This document shows positions 12,821 through 22,874 of a stretch of DNA of 64,000 bases, piece after piece (positions within the stretch are counted from its first letter, which is position 1; every line of letters starts with the position of its first letter). A model generated the notes under the pieces. It was not told the origin of the DNA and ran no database searches. It saw only the letters and a list, made by a program, of their open reading frames with translations. The DNA comes from Glycera tridactyla (taxonomy: Eukaryota), in NCBI GenBank assembly GCA_965644265.1, contig OZ286470.1, positions 65,782,001 to 65,846,000 on the forward strand, given 5' to 3'. Position numbers and translations under genes: made by a program.

Positions 12821-13270
12821 AGTAGTATAGGAGGGACGAAACTCCGAGGGTGGTTGCAAATGAGGAGGCTCGAGGGCTAACTAGGTCAAAGGTCAAAGGT
12901 CACCCGGAAGTAGGTCAAAGTAGGTAAAAATGAGGAGGATCGAGGGCTAACTAGGTCAAAGGTCACCTGGTCAAAGTGGGTGGGTGCAAATGAGGAGGAT
13001 CGAGGGCTAACTAGGTCAAATTGGGTGAAAATGAGGAGGATCAAGGGATAACTAAGTCAGGTGTGGATGTGGGGCTAATGGTGTGTTGACTGGTGGGGCA
13101 TTGACCTTCGTTGATGACATCACAGACGCGACGCGCTCGGTATTGGCGCGTCCGATAGATGGCGCGCGCGCGGGCGCGCACTGTCCGGCAATATTCGCGG
13201 GCGCGCACTGACGGGGATATTCGCGGGCGCGAAAGCGGGAATGCGCGTATGCGCTTGGTGGCGCCAAACC
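12821..13270 (+). repeat. Polinton left TIR (~450 bp) with four ~33-bp subterminal repeats
   Basis: Reverse complement of 29247-29718 apart from small indels; unit aaatgaggaggatcgagggctaactaggtcaaa at 12858, 12928, 12988 and 13029 (diverged). Confidence 0.96.
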
Positions 13271-13519
13271 AGTGGGTGAGCTTTTACGCGCGTTTTTCAC
13301 GATGTTGGGAAATTCACACGCGCGAAAAGATCCAAAGTACTTTCCACCAGGTCCGTGCCCATGCAATAAAAGCGCCGTCATTTTTTGGGCAGCCACAATA
13401 CATCATCGATCCAGCATCGATTGGCTGCCCTGGGTCATGTGACCTGAACATAGCAAGCCTATAAAAGGGGGAAGATCCTGTGTCAGGTATCACTTTCACT
13501 TCAGAGCCAGAGCAACAAC

Positions 13520-16500
13520 ATGTCTTACATTTACCACTGTGATATTTGTGGCTACCTTTTCAAGGAGGCCAGATTACTTAATCTCCATCTCGAGACAGAA
13601 CATGGCATCCAGCGTCCAGGATTCAAATGCCGAGCCTGTGGAGATGTGTTCGACACCTTGGTCTGCAAGACGCGCCACGAAGTCACGTGCCCAGTTGCCC
13701 TGCACTGCCCTGACTGTGGTGCCATCTTCACTCATCTCAGCAGTTTGTCACGGCACCGAAGCAATTTTCATCGCAACCGGGCCAACCATCAAGTCGGGAA
13801 TGGTGGCACTGTCCTGCAACAAGAGGAGAATCTCACATGCCCAAAGTGTCATCAGTCTTTTTCTCGAAAAGACAAAATTGGACCGCACCTTGCCAAGTGT
13901 ACCGGACCAAAGACTGAGGTCTCTTTGCAGTGTCCTCACTGCTCCAAGACATTTTCCCGACCGGATAATCTTGCACGCCACGAAAAAACATGCACCGGAC
14001 CCAAGAAAAAAGCTACACCTCAGTGTAGTAAATGTGAAAAAATATTTACAAGGGAAGTCCAACGGCGCAAGCATGAAGCCAAATGTCGAGGCAGCGAGAC
14101 ATGCAGTACCTGCCAGGCATCATTTCAATCCCGGGCAGAATTGCTGGTTCATCGTACATCTGCACATCCCAAGCCCACAAGCCGCAAAAGAAGGTATCCA
14201 GTCTCCAATACCAAGAAGGAGAGTGTCAAGACTTTGCCTGTACAAGCTTTCGAAGAGGACCCCCAAAACCCACCAGGACATGTGCTGCCTTCCCGCCAAG
14301 ACGATGACAAGTTGCATCAACTTTATAGACATAACTGGGCTTCCATCCGTACGCGGACTCATCCGAGTGACCGTATACAGTCCTGGTTCAACATCCGCCT
14401 CACCAGTCTCAACACGCAAGACCTGGAACCCACGCTCTGGAGTCTCTTTGAAAACCAGGAAGAAAGATTTCGCATCAACATCTCGTACGGCTTTGTTCTT
14501 CGGAATCGCTTGACTGGAGATCTCCGATACTTCCATTCGTCCCATAATAATGCTCGAGTGCTGGAGGTGGCACCCATCATCAGCAACAAAGAAGACTTCC
14601 CACTTTTCTGGAATCCATAGCTCAAGTTGATGTTCTGGAATGGGCTCGGAAGCAGCGACCCAACTCCGAGTGGGTGGTCGATATAGTCACAAATGTGACA
14701 GTGTACATAGACCGCATCATCCATCACCCCATCGGCTGTGGAATTCATCTCCTGAAATACATCCTTGACGCACAGGGTCTCTTGGCTCTGCAAAGAGGTG
14801 AACCATCTTCCGATCGACCCGACGGACTCTATCGTGATAATCTCTGCTTCTTTCGATGTCTTGCCCTACATCAGACGGCACCCACAAACAAAGATGATCG
14901 GTTCTTGGCACAACTGGTTGCCGCCAATTTCGAGACATGGCGAACAGCACGTCTGGCCGACGGGGAGGAAGATGTGCCGACCAAAGACAAATTTCCGGGA
15001 ATGGAGTTGAAGCAGTTATACGACGTGGAAACCATCTTTAAAGTCAACATCAATGTCTATTCTCTCGAGCAAGTGGATGGAAGACAGTTTGCCAAGATAC
15101 AGCGAAGATCTATTAATAATCATCCGACAACCATGTACCTCAATTTGTACGAGAAGCACTTCAGCTATATCAAGAATCTTGACAGCTACTGCCAGTCCTA
15201 TCAGTGCCGGTCTTGTGGACAACTATGGAAGCATGCTGGACATCTACATCGCCACGAGACCTCCTGCTTGGATGCCACTCATTATTCTTACCCCGGAGGC
15301 CAGTTTGAGTTAGCACCCACCCTTTTTGAACGTTTGACTGCAGCTGGGATAGACGTACCCTGGAATCAGCAGTTCTACCCTTTCCGGGCATCATACGACT
15401 TTGAAGCATTTTTTGACCACATCGACCTACCAGCCAGTAGTGGAAAGCAATCCATAGAGGCACGCCACCTACCACTCAGTGTAGCCATATGTTCCAATGT
15501 CCCGGGATTCACTGCACCTCAGTGCTTCATAAACGAGGATGGCAATGATCCGCGACTAATCGAACGCATGATGACTGCTCTGCACCGGATCAGTCTGAAA
15601 GCGTATGACCTTCTTCTACCCAAGTACCAGCCTTACCTAGACCTACTTTCTCAGCGAATAGAAGAGCGCACCGGCGATGACGATTACAAGATAATGGAAG
15701 CATTGATCGATGACGGTGATGATCCCATCCTTGGTCAAGACTCTCCCTGCAGCTCAACCCAACTGGAAAAGCTGTTTGGGGACTTGCAAGCCTGGATGAA
15801 AGAACTACCAGTGATCGGTTTCAATTCCGGGAAATCTGACCTGAACCTCATCAAACGTCTATTGATGAAATACGTCCAAGAAGGTCAGATGGAAAAGAAT
15901 GAAGATGGGCAACCTGTACCCAAGCAACTCCGAATAGAAACAGAGGATGGACAAGAGAAATACTGCAACACCGAGATGACCTACGTGGTGAAAAAGACAA
16001 AACAATTTTGTTTGTCTCAGTACCATCCACCTCAAGTTCCTCGACATCTCAAAACTACCTGGCCCCAGGCTTCTCCTACGACAAATATCTCAAGGCCTAT
16101 AAATGCACGGTGACCAAAGGATTCTTCCCTTACGAATGGATGACCGACTTGAAAAAACTCGAGGAAACCAGACTCCCACCTCACTCGGCCTTCTACAGTA
16201 AGCTGCGCGGGTCAACCATTTCGGAAGAGGACTATACTTACTGCCAGCAGGTATGGAATGAAGAGGGGATGACGACTTTCCGTGATTTTCTCGTGTGGTA
16301 CAACAACAGAGACGTTCAGCCGTTCATCGAAGCACTGCAGAAACAGTTTGATTTTTTCAAGAGGAAGGGACTTGACATGTTCAAGCATGGCATCTCTGTA
16401 CCAGGCCTGACCATGCGCTATCTTTTCAAGTCAACGGATGCCAAGTTCCACCTTTTTGGAGAGAAGCATGCAAATCTCTATCACCTGGTGAAGGACAACA

Positions 16501-18405
16501 TTGTTGGTGGGCCCAGCCTGATCTTTCACCGTTACCACGAAGCTGGAATCACCCGAATACGCGAAGCAGACTTTGGCAAGAGGCCAAGGTATGCCAGGGG
16601 GTGCTTGGCCTCGATGCTAATGCACTATACCTGTTTGCTCTGGGTCAAGAAATGCCTACTGGAGAATTCATCCTCCGTTTATCTGAGGACAACTTCAGAC
16701 CCCAACGCCCATCAAGTGGACGCCAGTACAGCCGGGCTGCTTTTTCAGTGGCTCAGTTGGATCGAGTCTCGGGACCCAAATCTCCACCTACGCCATGCCG
16801 GTAACGGACCAGAGGTACGGATCGGACGAAAACGCTATGCGATCGATGGGTTCGATAGTGAGTCTAAAACATGTTACGAATTCCTGGGCTGCTGGTACCA
16901 TGCGTACGATGTCTGCAGAGCAGTGGCAGGCATGACGGAACATCCCTATCACCCTGGAGTCCAGCTCGAAGAAATCAGACACCAGGTGGAAAAGCGGGCA
17001 GCGTACATCCGAACCCTCAGGTATAAGTATGTCCAGATCTGTCAGGTATAAGTATGTCCAGATCTGGGAGTGTGAGTGGAACCAACTCAAGAAGGAAGAC
17101 GTGCAGGTCAAGGCCTTCATGGATTGTCACTTTCCCAAGAAGTCCAGCATGCCGAGAAAGCCGATGACTGAAGAAGACATCCTCCAAGCAGTGGTGACAG
17201 AACAATTCTTTGGTCTCGTGCACTGCGACATCATGACCCCCGATGGACTCAAGGCCAAGTTTGCCGAGATGCCGCCCATTTTTAGAAATGCAACTGTCTC
17301 TCGTGATGACATCGGTCCATTCATGAAATCGTATGCAGAGGAGCAGTCCATCATGAGCCAGCCACGTCGAATGTTGATTGGCAGCTACATTGGTGAAAAA
17401 ATTCTGCTGACCACTCCACTGTTGCAGTGGTACTTACAGAATGGACTGATAGTGACCAAAATTCATCTTGTCTTGGAATACACTCCACAAGCCTGTTTCA
17501 AGGAGTTTGTCGAACAAGTATCATCTGCTTGCCGAGAAGGAGACAGAGATCCAGATTCATCTATCATTGCTGAATCCATGAAACTCTTAGGGTATTGTGG
17601 GTATGGAAAGACCGTCACCAATCAAATGAAATTCCGAGACGTCCGCTACGTTGGCGAGGCAGGTGCGTCAAGACTCGTTAACCACAGAACCTTCCGAGTG
17701 CTGAATCCTTTGGATGATGATCTTTAGGAAGTGGAGTCGGCCAAATCTGCCATCAGTCTCAACTTGCCTCATCACATAGGCTTCTTTGTATATCAATATG
17801 CCAAGTTGAGGATGCTGGAATTTCATTATGACTTTATGCAAAAGTACTTGGACCCTAAAGATTTCCAATTAATTGAGATGGACACCGATTCCTCGTACAT
17901 GGCCTTATCTGCCACAACACTGGAACAGACGATCAGACCGGGACAGCGAGCCCAGTTCTACCGGGATTACCCATCGTGGTTCCCAGCTCAAGCATGTGAT
18001 GCGCACCAAGAATCATTTGTAGACACCAAACTGGCTGGAAAAACGTGGATACCAGGACCCTGCTGCTTGCAACGTCAACAGTATGACAAGAGGACGCCAG
18101 GGCTATTCAAGGAGGAGTGGAAAGGGGATGGAATGATTGCGCTTTGTTCCAAAACGTATTTCGGATTCGGGGATCACAACAAGATCAGCTGCAAGGGTCT
18201 GAACAAGAGACTCAATACATTCAATAAAGACAAGTTTCTGGATGTTCTCACCACCCGCACCAGTGGCCATGGCACCAACCGAGGCTTCAGAACATTAAAC
18301 AACTCCATCGTCTCGTACGTGCAAGTTCGGGATGGACTGACATTTTTCTATCCCAAGCGCAAGGTCCTCGATGAAGGCATCAGTACCGCCCCATTGGACA
18401 TTTGA
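13520..18405 (+). pseudogene. pPolB: Protein-primed family B DNA polymerase with N-terminal C2H2/C2HC zinc-finger array and internal Vsr-like nuclease segment; disrupted
   Basis: Fragments join: ZnF ORF -(fs ~14605)- LESIAQVDVLEW...YDFEA...GFNSGKSDLNLIK -(fs ~16000-16060)- KGFFPYEW...YNNRDV...GGPSLIFHRY -(fs ~16590)- LDANALY -(fs ~16742)- IDGFD...YEFLGCWYH -(25-bp dup 17017-17066)- KLLGYCGYGK -(TAG 17725)- EMDTDS...RTPGLFKEE...KTY...KGLNK. Confidence 0.96.
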
Positions 18406-18477
18406 ATTCTTCTCGGGGTCGTCAATAGGCTCCGTAGCTATAAGTATGGGATACAATGGCAAGTGCAGTCAGTTGCA

Positions 18478-19149
18478 ATGGATCCCCGCTTGCGAACACC
18501 GTTTACTATGCTGATGGCTGGCAACAGTGGATGTGGAAAATCAACCCTGGTGGCTCACCTGATTGCCCACACCAAGACGGTCTTTGATCGTGTGCCCAGC
18601 CACATCGTCATCTGCTATACTCAGATGCAAGACCTTTACCACACCATCAAGAGGACAGCACCTTGTCCCGTACAGTTTGTGGAGGGCTTACCCGAAGATC
18701 TCCAGACCACACCAAACACCTTGCTCATCATTGACGACCTACAAGGGCAACGCGGCAAAGTCTTCAGTGACTGGTTCACCAAAAAGAGTCACCATCTGAC
18801 GACCTCTGTGATTTATCTGGTACAAAATGTGTTTGCTCACATGCCAGAGCACCGTACGGTCAGTCTCAATGCCCATTATCTCGTCATCTTCAAGAATCCG
18901 AGAGATGCTTCACAGATTGTTCATCTCAGCAAACAAGTATTTCCACAAAATCCACAGCTGATGGTGAGTGCCTATCGTCAGGCAACAGAAGTCGCTCATG
19001 GCTACCTCTTTTTTGATTTCAAGCAAGACACACCCGACCTGTATCGGGTAAGAACTCACCTCTTTCCTGACGCCTCGAGACTATCCACGGTATTTGTCGG
19101 CAAGGAGATGATAAGCGATGCATCGCTGATCTGGAACGTGCCCCAATAA
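18478..19149 (+). CDS. A32/FtsK-like genome packaging ATPase
   Basis: Walker A GNSGCGKST, Walker B LLIIDDL, RTVSLNAHYLVIFKNPRD; TATA-like ctataag at ~18439. Confidence 0.93.
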   Translation: MDPRLRTPFTMLMAGNSGCGKSTLVAHLIAHTKTVFDRVPSHIVICYTQMQDLYHTIKRTAPCPVQFVEGLPEDLQTTPNTLLIIDDLQGQRGKVFSDWFTKKSHHLTTSVIYLVQNVFAHMPEHRTVSLNAHYLVIFKNPRDASQIVHLSKQVFPQNPQLMVSAYRQATEVAHGYLFFDFKQDTPDLYRVRTHLFPDASRLSTVFVGKEMISDASLIWNVPQ

Positions 19150-19204
19150 ATACCTCGACCCACATGTGGCGCATCATTTCCGATCTGGACGTTGCTGGTG
19201 AAAC

Positions 19205-19576
19205 ATGGCATCACTCAAGAAACATGCCACGGTGATTCGCGTCTTGAGCAAAGCCAAGCCGGGGTTGGTACGCAAGATTATCAAGTCGGCAGACAAGAGC
19301 TTGATCCACACACTGTGCGAGTGTTCTTTCAATGTTATAAAAGGACACGTTCCCATCACATCGTGTCAGAAGGAGAAACTCAAGCGACACAAGAAAGGCC
19401 TGCGAGAGTTGGTCAAAGCTGAAGTGTCCTTGAAGAAAAAGAAACACATTCTTCAGCGTGGCGGATTTGTTGGTGCCTTACGGGGGACACTGGTACCGCT
19501 CGCCATTGAAGGTATTTCAGCTGCGGTTCGAGCCAAGAAACGAAACGCCAAGAAACGAAGGAAGGGAAGAAAGTGA
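19205..19576 (+). CDS. Small basic Polinton protein (probable core/DNA-condensing protein)
   Basis: 123 aa, K/R-rich, CEC motif and LQRGGF protease-site-like motif; position between ATPase and INT. Confidence 0.75.
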   Translation: MASLKKHATVIRVLSKAKPGLVRKIIKSADKSLIHTLCECSFNVIKGHVPITSCQKEKLKRHKKGLRELVKAEVSLKKKKHILQRGGFVGALRGTLVPLAIEGISAAVRAKKRNAKKRRKGRK

Positions 19577-20262
19577 TGGCCAAAAAATTAGCCCTCATCG
19601 ATCCCGAGCTGCTGGAAAGACTGATCAAGGGGAGCACCACCCAGCCGTCAATTGCTCCAGCAGAACCTCATTTGAAATCGATGAACACTCTCGATACAGA
19701 GATGAAGCAAGTGTTGGATCAACCCGGTCTCAGTCAAGACGGTAAAGTGAAACAGTATAATCAACTTCTTCAATGCTACATGACATTGGACGACAAGCGC
19801 TTGGATTCGGTAGCACAGCCTACACCGTCCACCACCACCACCACCGACCATTGGGAAACCGACATCATCGAAAGTGTACCAAAGACCATGCGTCGAAGGG
19901 CAAAATTGCTTCTAAATCGAATTAAAGCTAGTAATGGTTTACTGGGATGGAACGAACGTGGTGAAATCATAAGAGACGGTCATGCGGTGGCAGGAACCAA
20001 TATTGTGGATCTGGTCAATGACGTGATCCGGCGTCGCAAAGGTTTTGATCCTGAAGGCTGGACATCGTTTGCGGATGGCTTGAGGGAGATGAACGTGCCT
20101 CACGACGCAGTGGGTCATCCAGATCGTTGGGCATGGATTCGTGGAGTACAAAAACCCGAGTACGGAAGCAAGGTCTCACAATCGACCAAGAAACGTAAAG
20201 GATCGCCAGGAGGGGTGAGCAAGAGGAAGCCAAAGTTGAATTGGATTAACCTAAGAAAGTGA
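19576..20262 (+). CDS. Polinton protein of unknown function
   Basis: Intact 228-aa ORF coupled by a TGATG overlap; WNERGEI...GTNIVDLV...GWTSF motif pattern that I recall from Polinton core genes. Confidence 0.75.
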   Translation: MAKKLALIDPELLERLIKGSTTQPSIAPAEPHLKSMNTLDTEMKQVLDQPGLSQDGKVKQYNQLLQCYMTLDDKRLDSVAQPTPSTTTTTDHWETDIIESVPKTMRRRAKLLLNRIKASNGLLGWNERGEIIRDGHAVAGTNIVDLVNDVIRRRKGFDPEGWTSFADGLREMNVPHDAVGHPDRWAWIRGVQKPEYGSKVSQSTKKRKGSPGGVSKRKPKLNWINLRK

Positions 20263-20263
20263 G

Positions 20264-21343
20264 ATGACGAAGAAAACGACCAAAACAGAGAGACGATGGC
20301 AGTCGATCTACTTTAATCCAACAAAAGAAGGAAGTCTCGGAGGAGTGCAGGCACTGAGTCGTGTTGCACGTACACATCCCCGTCAGACCCAGGCCTGGTT
20401 GGAAAAACAAGAAGCCTATACTTTGCACAAACCCATCACGCGTCATTTCAAGCGTCGACGTGTCATTGTCGGTGGCATCGATCATCAATGGCAAGCGGAT
20501 TTGGTGGACGTGTCGGCCCTGAAAGCCGCAAATGACGGTTTCACTTACCTGCTCACATGTATCAATGTCCTGTCCAAATATGCCTGGGTCTTCCCTCTCA
20601 AAGACAAGACGGGTCGGAGTCTAGTGAGGGTATTTACTCTCATTCTGAGAAAGGGACGTCAGCCGCAACGGTTACAGACAGACAAGGGAACAGAATTTAT
20701 CAATCGGATCTTCCAGGGTTTCCTAACAAAAGAAGGCATCGACTTTTTCACCATAGAAAATGACGACATCAAAGCCTGCATTGTGGAGTGTTTCAATCGA
20801 ACGCTCAAAACGAGAATGTGGCGGTTCTTCACAGCCAGAAAGACCTCGCATTACGTTGACGTCTTACCAGCCTTGGTCAAATCGTACAATGCATCCCACC
20901 ATCGCAGTATTGGAATGGCCCCCAACCAAGTGACTCGCAACAACAGTGAATCGGTATGGCAACATCTCTACGGGGAAAGGCGTCCAAAAGCAAAGCAATC
21001 CAGACTGCGTGTTGGGGACCACGTTCGACTTGGGAAGACCAAGCGTCACTTTGAGAAAGGTTACTTACCCGACTGGACGCAGGAAATCTTCTCCATTACC
21101 CGTGTGATAGAAAGCCTACCGGTCATGTACCAAGTGGTGGACGAGAAAGGCGACAAAGTGAGAGGCTTGTTCTATGCGGAGGAACTTCAGAAAGTCAAAA
21201 AGCCTCGAGTACATGCCATCGAAGCCTTCCTCGATCAGCGACGTCGTGGAGGTCGTCAACAGTATCTGGTCAAGTGGAAAGGGTACCCCAGTTCCATGAA
21301 TTCGTGGATAGATACCCGGAGCCTGCGAAAGTATAAAAGCTGA
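20264..21343 (+). CDS. INT: Retroviral-type (rve) integrase with C-terminal chromodomain
   Basis: WQADLVD, LQTDKGTEF, IVECFNRTLK (DDE); C-terminal IEAFLDQRRRGGRQQYLVKWKGYPSSMNSW chromodomain; intact 359 aa. Confidence 0.96.
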   Translation: MTKKTTKTERRWQSIYFNPTKEGSLGGVQALSRVARTHPRQTQAWLEKQEAYTLHKPITRHFKRRRVIVGGIDHQWQADLVDVSALKAANDGFTYLLTCINVLSKYAWVFPLKDKTGRSLVRVFTLILRKGRQPQRLQTDKGTEFINRIFQGFLTKEGIDFFTIENDDIKACIVECFNRTLKTRMWRFFTARKTSHYVDVLPALVKSYNASHHRSIGMAPNQVTRNNSESVWQHLYGERRPKAKQSRLRVGDHVRLGKTKRHFEKGYLPDWTQEIFSITRVIESLPVMYQVVDEKGDKVRGLFYAEELQKVKKPRVHAIEAFLDQRRRGGRQQYLVKWKGYPSSMNSWIDTRSLRKYKS

Positions 21344-21373
21344 GTGCGCCTGACCACGGGGTCCATTGTTCCA

Positions 21374-21667
21374 ATGGATTTGCCAGGAGAAGGTGTGAGC
21401 CGCAGCAGCAGCACCCGTGCCAGCCGGACGGATTGGATGTTGTGTGGACGCAAATTTCCTCGAAGCGAAGTGGTCTTCTTTTGTCAGACTATCATTTTGT
21501 ACATTGTGATCCTGGTCAGCTTGTACAATTTGTCACGTGGACACAAGAATAGCACCCTCTGGACAGCCCTACTGAGTGGCAGCCTTGGAGTCATCACACC
21601 ACCGCCAGACATCACCACCAAGATCCGCCTGAAATGTAGTGACGCCAGTGCCCTCAGTCAAGTCTGA
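21374..21667 (+). CDS. Small two-helix membrane protein of Polinton
   Basis: Hydrophobic VVFFCQTIILYIVILVSLYNL and LWTALLSGSLGVI segments; lies between INT and penton. Confidence 0.65.
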   Translation: MDLPGEGVSRSSSTRASRTDWMLCGRKFPRSEVVFFCQTIILYIVILVSLYNLSRGHKNSTLWTALLSGSLGVITPPPDITTKIRLKCSDASALSQV

Positions 21668-21671
21668 TAGC

Positions 21672-22433
21672 ATGTTCTATGTCACGTTACCGAGCAACAG
21701 CTCGCTAGCCTACTTCCCCGAGAACACGCTCACTCATTATCGAGTCCGTCTACCACGGACTATCAACCTCGACGGTGAATGGGAAGTCGGACTGGCAGAA
21801 ATCCAGTACCCACACAGTTGGTACGACCTGCACGGCACTGCTTGTCATCTACGTGTGCGTTCCAAACCTGAACGGAATGAGCCCATAGACGAAATCCTTA
21901 CACTCAGTGAAGGATACTATGCCAGTGTGACCACGTTGGTCAGTTGCATCAATCACCAATTGAAATATAAGTGTAAGATGAATGTGACCAGATTCATGTA
22001 CGACAGCATCACGCAGAAAGTGGCGCTTCGCATCCCGGCATCTATGGAAATCAAATTGGACCCCAGTCTTCATTGCCTGCTGGGCTTCGACGAGAAGGAA
22101 GAGTGGCTGAGTCATACGCACTGTCATGGTGAATATGTTGCCGATTTGAGCCAAGGGTTCCATAACCTGTACGTGTATGCCGATATTGTCGAACCTCGCA
22201 TTGTCGGCGACAGTATTGTACCACTTCTGAGGATCGTACCCATCAAAGGAAACAACGGCGACGTGGTGGACGTCGTGTACAACCCCATACACTACGTCCC
22301 ACTCCAATTGAAGCATTTTCAGTTGGTGGACGTGTATATAAGGGACGATGCAGGTGAACAGGTCCCATTCGAACGTGGTAAGGTTGTGTTGACACCTCAC
22401 CTGAGACGTCGTCCTTTGCTCTCACAACGATGA
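21672..22433 (+). CDS. Minor capsid protein (penton, single jelly-roll)
   Basis: MFYVTLPSNSS...ENTLTHYRVRLP..I.LDGEWEVGLAEIQYPHSW and LYVYADIVEPRIVGDSIVPLLRIV, hallmark Polinton mCP motifs. Confidence 0.9.
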   Translation: MFYVTLPSNSSLAYFPENTLTHYRVRLPRTINLDGEWEVGLAEIQYPHSWYDLHGTACHLRVRSKPERNEPIDEILTLSEGYYASVTTLVSCINHQLKYKCKMNVTRFMYDSITQKVALRIPASMEIKLDPSLHCLLGFDEKEEWLSHTHCHGEYVADLSQGFHNLYVYADIVEPRIVGDSIVPLLRIVPIKGNNGDVVDVVYNPIHYVPLQLKHFQLVDVYIRDDAGEQVPFERGKVVLTPHLRRRPLLSQR

Positions 22434-22873
22434 TGGACATGGAAGCATACTACAGTCAGCAAGTAGGCAGTGGATTGCCCTTTTATGCGGGTGCCAGAAT
22501 GCAACGCGGTCATGGGCTCGGAAGTATATTAAGTGGCCTGTTCAGAGCGGCGGTCCCCCTGATCAAGAAAGCTGCGGTGCCAGCACATAAGACAGTTGCC
22601 CGAAAAACGGCAGCATCCGGTGTGAGGGCATTGAAGAAGCAGGCACTCAAGACAGGCGTGAGGCTTGCTTCCGATGCTTTGAGAGGCCGGAGCATGAAAG
22701 ACGCCGTCGAGTTTCGCATCAAGGAGGCAGGCATGGGCCTGCTGGGAAAATCTATAAAAAGAAAGACCCCCACACAGACTGCCAGTCGGCGTCAGACCAA
22801 GCGGAAGAGAACATCTTCGGGCAAGAAATCGAAGCGATCAGCCAAGAGAGTCAAGCGTGACATATTCGACTGA
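22430..22873 (+). CDS. Basic core protein (adenovirus pVII/pX-like)
   Basis: YYSQQVGSGLPFYAGARMQRGHGLGSILSGLFRAAVPLIK then a K/R-rich tail; directly upstream of the MCP. Confidence 0.75.
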   Translation: MMDMEAYYSQQVGSGLPFYAGARMQRGHGLGSILSGLFRAAVPLIKKAAVPAHKTVARKTAASGVRALKKQALKTGVRLASDALRGRSMKDAVEFRIKEAGMGLLGKSIKRKTPTQTASRRQTKRKRTSSGKKSKRSAKRVKRDIFD

Positions 22874-22874
22874 G

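Noticed and set aside
13052-13499. ORFs in the left TIR and their mirrors at 28998-29498
   Set aside because: GC-rich TIR sequence read on both strands; no protein features.
21849-22400. 183-aa minus-strand ORF and similar antisense ORFs across the Polinton (e.g. 23628-24110, 26031-26540)
   Set aside because: Fully overlapped by recognisable plus-strand genes; shadow frames.
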